A DNA stretch of 64,000 nucleotides from Phoronis australis (lineage: Eukaryota > Animalia > Phoronida), in contig NMRA01000021.1 in assembly GCA_002633005.1 (NCBI GenBank), positions 1,390,077 through 1,454,076 of the forward strand, in the 5' to 3' direction. Each line of letters starts with the position of its first letter. Position 1 is the first letter of the stretch. Below, piece by piece: positions 12,791 to 22,041 of this stretch. Under the pieces are notes generated by a model, which searched no databases, had not been told where the DNA came from, and saw only the letters and a list, made by a program, of their open reading frames with translations. The position numbers were made by a program, and so were the translations under genes.

Positions 12791-13380
12791 AACAACAATA
12801 GATGGAGGTTCTCAAACTGGGAGAATTTCTTCCGATTGTGTGAATTATCTTGATTGGAAGAAAAAATTTCTCTTGATTTCTAAAAATTCTTTTAAAATTA
12901 AGAGAATAAATTTCATAAAGTGTTGAACTGGATACAAAAAATTCTCGGTGGAGATAGCATGTGATAGGAGGAACAGAACGTTTATGAAATTTCCTCACTT
13001 GTTTACTAGAAACATGAAGCCTGAAACAGGAAAAGTATGATTGAAACCAAGGTAAGGTAGTATTACAAGCCTTGGCCCATCAGATGAACAAGGGAGACAG
13101 CAGAACAAACTGTCTGAATATGTAAAACATAGGTTGGAAAGCAATAACCTCTTTTGTCTGGCTGTAGATTTGTGCTCAAATTAATATCGCAGACAAGAGG
13201 TACATGAAGGCTTTTCGTCAGTAGATTATGAGCTCAACAAAACGTAATTTGCCTTTATCTCCAACATTTGACAATGATCTAATGATGTTAGTCTACACGT
13301 CCTTGACAATTCCTCTCACAATGAAGCCATGCAATGAAAAAATTACTTCCCCTAATTGGCCCAACTGGCACTACTGCTGC

Positions 13381-13951
13381 TAGACAATGACCCTCGTCTC
13401 ATGCTGGTGCAGCCAGAGTAGAGCAATGGAGCTCCTATAGGAGCTTCATACACCAGAACCTTTTCGGCGAATTATGCCTCGTACTGACTAAAACATCAAA
13501 GTCCCATTATTATAAACACCTTGGCCTTAGGAGGTCGTTCATGAATTTAATTCCTTCCAAATCAAACAAATACACCCGATATCAAACTTTTTCTTCAAGC
13601 AGTCCCTCGTTCAGCTCCCAAAATCAGTAACTCGCCATTTTTAAAACTGCGCCTGGCAGGTGGCATGACGGACATATCCCTGTACGCAGTGTGAAAATGG
13701 CAAGTTACCGATTTTGAGATCCAAACGAGGGACTGCTCGAAGAAAAAGTTTGATAACAGGAGTATGTGTACGAGTTGGGAGGAATTAAATACATCGACGA
13801 CCTCCTAAGCAGCCCCTCTGACTGTGAAAAAAGGTATTTATAACCACACGACTTTGATATTTTAGTCAGTGCGAGGCATGATTCGCCGAAAAACTTACGT
13901 TGTACGAAGCACCTATAGGAGCTCCATCATCTATGCTAGCTACACCAGCTA
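13381..13951. mobile_element. Foldback/Mutator-like MITE, copy 1 (near-complete palindrome)
   Basis: Arms ggagctcctatagg...ttaggaggtcg...tcaaactttttcttc...gcagtccctcgtt and their reverse complements meet near 13670; both flanks begin ctactgc. Confidence 0.8.
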
Positions 13952-14224
13952 CTACTGCCTCATATGGTATATGCCGCCTAGGACTAGGTATAGGTGGTAA
14001 TGGCATAAGCAATTACATCGCCCTGGATGCTGCAGGCATACAGGGGCGATAGTACATCCCCACAAAAAGTTACACATTTCAAAATACAGCAAATAAAATC
14101 AAATGAACCATACATATAGGAACATGGAGTTGTAATTAACGCATACCCTGACTCTGGATACAATTTAGTCGGCAAAACTTGAACAAATTGATAAAAATCT
14201 GTCGCGGTTTGCTCGAGTTTGTCT

Positions 14225-14565
14225 TACTGGTTGCCATTTTAAGGAAGTTATGTGAAATCACGCATGTTGAATAAAAAGACCGGGGGACACAAATCTTACA
14301 ATTTCACCTGATACATTATCGTGCTAGTTTGCAAGTGTCACGCGCTAGCGTCACTTACTTCGCTCAGTCTCGCGCTAGCATTTGCCTAACTCACGTGACT
14401 CAGTTGATACTTTGTGATTATCAAGGGCGTGGTGAAAAAGTTAACAGCAACCAAAAAAGTGGAGTTGGAATTCCTCGCCAAAGTCACCTTAATTCTCACA
14501 ATTAAGCTTCATTGAAGATATGTTTACTGTATAGAAGTAGAAAGGACCAATGAGGAAAGTAAGTG
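14225..14565. promoter_or_regulatory. Probable GANP promoter/first non-coding exon region, possibly bidirectional
   Basis: Local CG enrichment; TCACGTGA E-box overlapping TGACTCA (about 14391-14402); GGGCGTGG GC-box; minus-strand AAAATGGC (YY1-like) followed by a gtaag donor at about 14227; plus-strand aa|gtaagt donor at about 14558. Confidence 0.5.
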
Positions 14566-15841
14566 CTTTTTAAGAATGTATTTTTGACGAGGTGAAAACT
14601 AAAAATCGGTGGCCGGATTTGGCCTACCGCCCGTTTAAAACACATGGAACGAAATGCGTACAGAAAGTGATGGGAAGTATTGACTATAATTGTGTAGGCC
14701 CTAACCCAACCGAGGCTACGTGTTGTCTAGTAAGGCCACCGCTGACGGGTTAAATATAAATCAAACGCTGAGCCATTTTCACACAATCACGTTATTATAT
14801 CATTTAACTTCGACGAGGCTTACAGTCAAATTGCTAGGCGATTCTACTATCGATCAAGTCCCCGGGACTCTGGGTTTTCCATTTTCCACTAGTAGCCTAC
14901 TATTAGCGGGTTGTTGAAAACATACATTGAGTCACAAAATTAACTTGAGAGTAAAACATCGTATATTTCTAAATATTACTTGAATGGTTGTAATTCACAC
15001 CATATGGTATTAAAAACTCTTTTGAAATAAAAATATATCACAATTACTGAATTTAAATACTAAACATATGAAATTTGATAAAAATATTCTTAGTTTTCGA
15101 CCCACGCAAAGAGTTTAGGTCCGTAGACATCAAAAACTTTCATTACCAACCACAATGATTTTTAAATTAAATATAAGAGTATAAGAATTTTGCTAAATCA
15201 TGAAAGAAAATCTTTTAAATTTCTCAGAACAGAATAACTGTCTATTGTAAAATTTTGCAAGTTTTGCACAAACAAAATCAATTTGTAGTATGCGAGGCTC
15301 CCACATATATTTTGTTTTTTCCAGGATGGCAATATTTGGCCGGTGCCTGGAAGTTGTAAAGAACTGGATCGCGTGGTCCTGGACTTATTTGTGGATTTTG
15401 TGGTTCGGTCTCGTTGTTGTAATAGTCTACATACTGCGTGGACCTTTGAAGATTGGCGAAAATTTGGCGCATGGTACGTTTTTGTCATTAGAAATTTTTG
15501 CGGATCATGTCAACGACACTGACACTGTGCTGTTATGAATATGAGTGTGTGAAGAGCCGGCTAGTGGAGTAGACAGTGACCACCGTCTCTAGCTGACTAG
15601 AGACGGTGTAGCTCCTATTGGAGTTTCATCTGTCGGAAGCTTCACGCTAACTGAAACATCAAAATCACGTTGTTATAAATACATTTTGCGCATAGAGACA
15701 ACTTAGGAGGCCATCCAAGTATTTAATTCCTACCAACTTAAAGAGGCACAAGTCGGATATAAATAATGGACCCTGACTTAGAGAACCAGGCAGTGACTAA
15801 ATAACGGCCCCGTTATTTAGTGTATGAAACTGGTTCTCTAA

Positions 15842-16385
15842 TGGCCCACCCTCCAGGAAAGACGAGCTCAAAACAAACTGTCCCTTCTGTACAAGACCGT
15901 CTGTAACCTGGTTTCTATTACTCACATATTCCTTCCACTCTGTCAAGAATGACTTCTTGATGATTTTATCTATTCTGAGAATTGTGCCTTATTTGGGCCC
16001 ACCTACACGTTTAATACTATTGGTTAGTTTAACTCCTCCTACTCGTACCACGTGATTACTACACGTGGCTGCATCAACTGTATTATTATATTGTAGTTTC
16101 CGTGCAAATAAAATCAGTTGTTCTTTTAACCTTACACGAACCAGTTATCACTTTTGCTCTCCCAATTCATTCCACACACACTCCTACATTACCTCCAAGT
16201 CACGTAACTCCCACTCTCATACCTTTGAAAGATCATACATCCGCTCTGCGTACTACGCAAACTCTTTCTTTCCATCTACCATTTTACTCTGGAATAGACT
16301 CCCACAGTTCGTCATCTCGTCAGAAACAATAGAACTATTCACAGGTCACATCCTGAATATCAATCTTATACAGTATTCAATAAAA
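15842..16385 (+). mobile_element. 3' fragment of a non-LTR retrotransposon ORF2 (CR1/L2-group-like), interrupted
   Basis: WPTLQERRAQNKLSLLYKTVCNLVSI (from 15842) and SRNSHSHTFERSYIRSAYYANSFFPSTILLWNRLP match the typical LINE C-terminal SFFPRTIxxWNxLP motif. Confidence 0.8.
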
Positions 16386-16781
16386 CCTGTTTTATGTTGT
16401 ACTAACCAGCACTTTGTTTTATCATTATTTTTCACAGTTATGTACACCTCAGTTTTATACTAAAATGCGCCAAGAAGTAAGGATCGAAATCATGATCGTT
16501 TGTTTTATATGGGAAGAAGAAGAAGTCAGGTTCCATTACATCCAACTAATGTCCTTAAAGAAATTCTCCCGTTATTAAATTTTTTTCTTCGAGTAATCCA
16601 TCCTTCAGGTCCCAAAGTCGGAAACTCGCAATTTTTAACACTGCGCGCGGCAGGTGGTATGCAGTCATATCCCCTGGCGTGAGTATTTCGTCAAGTTGGA
16701 AGGAATTAAATACATTGTCGGCCTCCTAAGGTGTCCATCTATACGCAAAAAGTATTTACAATAACGTGACTTTGATGTTTT

Positions 16782-17300
16782 TGTTGTAGATGTGCTTCCG
16801 GGTAATTATATGAGTCTGTTAGCTACTTGCTAACGGGCAATTGCCTATTAGCTGAATGGTTAGCAGGCGTGCCGGTTTTATGGGGGTCGATGGTTCAATT
16901 CCTGGGTCAGAAAATGGCCTAGTCAGCAAACGGATGATCTACCAATGAAGCACTGCCAACTAGTACCCACAGACCTCGGGACAGCGCGCATGGAAGGTTC
17001 CAGGAGTCGAGGAGGTCTTTATTAGAGACTAACTTGCGTTCACCTGTGTTGTGGTGGTAAAGGTACCAAGGGACGTTGATGACCTGCATGCGAGACATCC
17101 TGGTGTTCATCTTCCTGGTGGCGTGCCTGTTCTGTAGAAAAGGGGGTAATGTTGTAGATGTGCTTCCGGTGAATCATTTGAGCCTCTGTTAGCTACTCGC
17201 TAATGGGCAATTGTTTATTAGCTGAATGATTAACACACTCAGAGGTTTTATGGGGGTCGCCGGTTCGATTCTGTGGCTGGGTAATCTCGGCTATTACTAC
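16782..17300 (+). mobile_element. TRIM-like miniature LTR element with a tRNA-like cassette in its terminal repeats
   Basis: Direct repeats begin tgttgtagatgtgcttccgg at 16782 and 17150; polypurine tract agaaaaggggg lies 3 nt before the second repeat; gtttt TSD on both sides; host foldback sequence resumes exactly after it. Confidence 0.7.
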
Positions 17301-20300
17301 GTTTTCATCAGTGAGAGGCATAACTCACCGAAAAGGTTCCGGCGTATGAAGCTCTTATAGGAGCTATCAGCGTCTGTAGTCAGCTAGAGATGGGGTCACT
17401 ATCTACTAGTGGAGTGACAGTGCACTAGTAATAGTAGTGCAGTTGTTGCCTACTTGTGCCTGGTCCTGGGTAGCCAGGTTTGTGACCTTCCTCCGTTGTA
17501 TTTTGCCAATGGATTGTTATCGCTGGGAATTAGCGATAACTTTTGAGGGAAATATACTAGAACTAGAAGTCAGAAAGCCCAACAAGTTCAAACTTAACTT
17601 AAAGTTTGACCTCTTTCTTGATGTTCATGACTGACCCAGTGACTGTCAGTCCTTGCTTACCTAACTTGCAATATTGTGTCTTCGGGGATTTCCTTCACAT
17701 GAGGGCGCTGTGGTTAAACCAGACAGGTCGGAGTTGGTATTAGGAGCCATGGTGGTAATGATGCGACATCAACTCGATTCTGTTCCGAATTGTTTGAATA
17801 AAGGTGAAATTTGTTTCCATGCCTCGCACGAGCTATAGGCTATATTGGGGTGAGTATAGTTTAGTCATTACTAATGATTATGTGATGTGTAAATCTGAGG
17901 CCAGTTTAATATAGCGCGCGCTCCCCAAAGACGAAACATCTCTCTAAAATGAGAGTTCATTCTTGAATCGCAGCATGTGCTCTCTTTAGAAAACAAAGAA
18001 CAGTCCCTATAATCTGATATAATCAATATGGAGCAAGCTTGCACCATTTAATTGGAATTATTTTTTTCTGTACCAAATTTGCGACAATTACCTCCAACAA
18101 TCGTGGTGTACTTTCAAATCGTTGCTTAAGATAAAACTGTAAAGTCACATCAGATGCCGTCTGCTCGCTTGTGAAAGGTTTTTCAAGAACTGAGAGGTCA
18201 TACCACTTGCGAATACCATATTGAACAAGCTTCTGTATTACCGGACATGAAGTTTTGTTTATTTCAAGTTTGTAAACTTGCATAAAATTGTACTTTTACC
18301 ATTACGATGTATGATACAGCTCCCTTTTACTGATAACTTGCTTCATGTCATGTTCATTATTTCTCAAGACTGGAAAAGTATAATACCACCTTCAGAAAGA
18401 ATGAACAGAACAACTATTTGAAAATGCATTGTCCATCCTAAAATGGAGTATAGCTTTATTGTTTAGTAATAAAAAAGCACAAAATTTTATGTCTTAGTTG
18501 CTGAATAATTAGAATTCTGGCAGATACCACTTAGTTCCATCAACGAAGTCGGCTTCTGTGAATCCCGTCCGTTTCCATTATTGCAAGTAATCGGGATCTC
18601 TACATGAGTCAGGTAGCAACTCGCATACAGCAGGGATATACTTAGCCGCTCCCCCAGTTGCCAATGCGAGTAAAAATGGTGCTGGGCAAGTAGAAGTTGA
18701 CTTGCCAGTCCCAGATGGCGAGCGAATTTTCAGAGCGCAAAAACTATATCATTTCCCAGATGAACATGAATAAATTTTCTCCTCGTGCTGTTTTTATCAT
18801 GAATTTAAGGTTCAGTTTAGTCAGCATGTCGATGCTCCAGCAATAAAAAACATAGCCGCAGTGCGATCTTACCGATTCAGTATATGTCACCTGTTACGCG
18901 ATTCGTCTAGACAAAAGGACACAGTGTGCACAAAGGAATTTGTGTACTAGTCCGAAACGAAGAAAAGGGGGGAAAGACGGAAGACCGGTTTATGTGCTCC
19001 CAGCAAGTGAAATATCATTATTCTTGGAACTGATTTCTTATTGTAATGTACATTGGAATGTCATTTTAGCCAAAATTATTTTATAAATAACATTCGTCCT
19101 AATAAGCGCCCATGCCCCTTGTTTTCAGACTTCCCTAAAACAAGAGTCCAGTCCATGAACGTGTACATATTCGAAAAATGCCTTACTTACAGTTCTAAAA
19201 TTCTACAGTAATGTCTTCAATTTATCAATTGATATTATCCGACAGTCCCGAAAAATCATTGTGCGTGGAATTTTTAGACCACGAGCCTCACCTCTATGCC
19301 AGTATTTAGCCGTGGCTGTACACTTCAAAAAGAACGCAAAAGCTCCGCTGATCTTGCGAGGAACGTGTCCCAATATGACCAGGTCTTTCAGAACAGACGC
19401 GGCGTACTTATCAACGGACTTGTATTGTATCTTTCCCATACAGCTCTTCTCCCTCAACAGGAATGCAGATTACTTTTGTTCACACAAAAACCACGAATCC
19501 AATCTTGACCAGTGTTAATGAGCACGTGGCCAAGAAGCACGCGCTAGGGCCCACGTACATGTTAGTATGTGGACCTGCTACCGACTCTGCCAAATGAACT
19601 CTGATGACACGCATGCACTCGCTCACTCTGCGCACACCTGCAGACTAACTTCAAAAGAAACGTCACGTGACAACAACATGTGTGTTCATCCAGATTGTTC
19701 GCTTGTTGCGGGGTGCAATCTAGCCCAGATTTGGACTTTAGTTAATACAGACTCCACAGGAACTTAAAAATCATAAGTACGTTATTAGGAAAACTTAAAG
19801 GAGAATGCGACCCGATTTAATTAGTCTTTTTTGCCGTCTTAATCGGTTTTTATCCACATCACTTTGTATACGGTTAATTTCACCTCGACGTTAACCTGTG
19901 AGGAAGGTGAGAAATGACTCAGCGACGTCAATGGTTCTTCTGCAGAGTGAGTGCCACTATGTAGTGACGTATCGTTCTCGCTTGTGAGAACTATGAAGCT
20001 ACGGGGAAAGCAGGTATATCATTTTTTTGATTTCCTCGAGAGCACACAATGCTTCGGAAGTGGTTCACGGTAGTGAAGAATGAAAAATACGCCGTAATAC
20101 CAATTAAGTATAAGGCCGTGAAACTACTCCGTATCTGTGGCCGAAATTTCGTCGACAGTGATTTCCATGACGATCGAATGCAAGCTTACCAATCAGCTCA
20201 TGCCAGGGCAGAAAAAGAGACTGAGTATGAAGTCAGATGTTTTGCCTAGTGTGTTTGGGTTTTGTTGGCAAGAGACAAAACAACGCAGATCGGTAGTTGC

Positions 20301-21135
20301 TCAGTTTTTGATTATGGAGAATTGTAGCTGGCCATGGAAACATAAACAATTACAATTAACAACATTTCATATAACCTGCTTGATGGCTTACTCGTTCATC
20401 AGGCTTCTGCTTGGACCTCTGGGTGTAGGATGTTTTCACCAGTTCTTTTTCCCAGTCCCAAAAATGTTGTAAGCAGACTTCTGTTTAGATGCGGTGCTAA
20501 ATCAGGATGGTCTGTGAGACACATCTACACTTCTACAAGAAGGCGTTTCAGTTGCGGAATTTCGTGGCTGCAAAAGCAAGCGTCAGTTGTTTCCATTATC
20601 GTGCAGTTAGCGCACTAACACCATGACAAATCATTCAACTATCCATATGTTCCATTGTCTGTGCACGTTCATGGCGCCTTTCTTGTATTTCTTGATCAGT
20701 GAATTCCGGTTCGAACTGATAGCTTGTGAAACCTAACGATCGACCTGTGAAGTCTTCGTTGGATGAGCACTCGTGTAAGTCGGGATTGTGAGTTACCATG
20801 GTTGACGTTTATTATTGTGCGGTATGTTTCAAAATGAATTATTCTCACCCTAGGCAATGCTTATATAAAACTGAAACAAAGATGCAATAAGCTAATTGAA
20901 CGGGCACCTTCTTACCGTGAATAATACGCTTACGAGGAAGTCACTCATTTCTAAAGATATTCGGGAATTTTCATTGCCCGTCCTTCTGAGCAGCTTGTAC
21001 AGGATCCAAGAGAGCGCGGCACCAGAATCAGGTATAATTGTGATGACCGCATTGCCCAATGGGAGCAAGACCCAATTAAATATAATTATCCGACCATGAA
21101 CTGTATTAAACATCTCTGTACCTAATGGCGAATTT

Positions 21136-21255
21136 GAGGAGGCAGTGTGGCCTGGTTGATAAGTGCCCGGTTTTTTTACTCTAGGTCGTTGGTTCAAGTC
21201 TCACCATGTGACACTGCTGAACCCTTGAGCCAGTTTTCTAGCTCCTCAGCTCAGT
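21136..21255 (+). mobile_element. tRNA-derived SINE fragment
   Basis: A-box-like tggcctggttg, B-box ggttcaagtct, followed by cccttgagc core-like sequence. Confidence 0.55.
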
Positions 21256-21859
21256 TTTAACCATATATTAATAAAGCATAAAAATATTTTCAGGTGATCA
21301 GAGCAATGGGCCCACATGCGAGGCCTTCGCACGTCTGGTACAACGTGTATCAGACCGCCTGCAGTTATTTTTGTTTAATGGTGAATTTCCAAAAAGCATT
21401 AACCACTAATTTTTGTTATAAACGAACACCACGGTCGTGTTCAGCTGGAAAAAAAAATACGGTTTTCGATTTTTAAAAATCGATGAATTAATAATCTAAA
21501 AGCTACAACCATTGGGTCCGATTGAAGATAAACTACCGCTCGTATTGACATAACTTGTGGATATACAAACGCTGATCAGAGTTAACAATATCATATGGAT
21601 TCATTTTTTAATATTCTTTCAATCTCGTTTAATCTGATTTTTGACCAGGAAACAGTTGTTGTGCCCACTTTTCATTTTTTATTACTGACAAAGAGCTAGA
21701 ATAGTTATATAGTGAGTGCCACCGAAATTGTTTGGTTATTTCCATATTTGCACTTTTGTATATATTTTATGATTTGAGTTCTAATAAAAATTAAACTTTA
21801 ATGACACGTGAAATGTTTAGTGTACCTGTAATGCGGTAAGTTTAGGAATGCGCTCACTA

Positions 21860-22041
21860 TGAACTTAACTAATTAAGTTTAGCTGGTGATCAAAATCTAC
21901 CTCTGTTATGGTACTTCAAGTTTGAAACTTAGATAAACAGTTATCAACGTGTTCCTGGTAAGAAAGAACAAGTGGGCAGAAGCATTAAAATTAAATAAAG
22001 AAAACCAATATGAAACTTATCGCTCTTTTGGGAACTGGCCC
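21860..22041. mobile_element. Harbinger-like MITE remnant related to 44059-44306
   Basis: Ends ttttgggaactggccc, similar to the right TIR ttggaacgggccc; shares cttaa/ttaag internal motifs. Confidence 0.4.

Larger units (their letters stand above)
15570..17405. mobile_element. Foldback/Mutator-like element, copy 2, with nested insertions
   Basis: TIRs tagacagtgaccaccgtctctagctgacta / tagtcagctagagatggggtcactatcta; exact 9-bp TSD ctagtggag (15561-15569 and 17406-17414); arms homologous to copy 1. Confidence 0.85.

Noticed and set aside
15278-15472. KNKIYVG as a GIY-YIG nuclease motif
   Set aside because: Only a partial motif in a short ORF, with no preceding GIY-like strand or downstream R/H/E residues.
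16843-16910. Functional tRNA gene
   Set aside because: A and B boxes are present but no clean acceptor/anticodon stems or oligo-T terminator; it lies within a repeated element.
14400-18000. YBEY as the head-to-head neighbour, as in human
   Set aside because: No YbeY-like peptide (such as H..LHL.GYDH) was noticed in the window.
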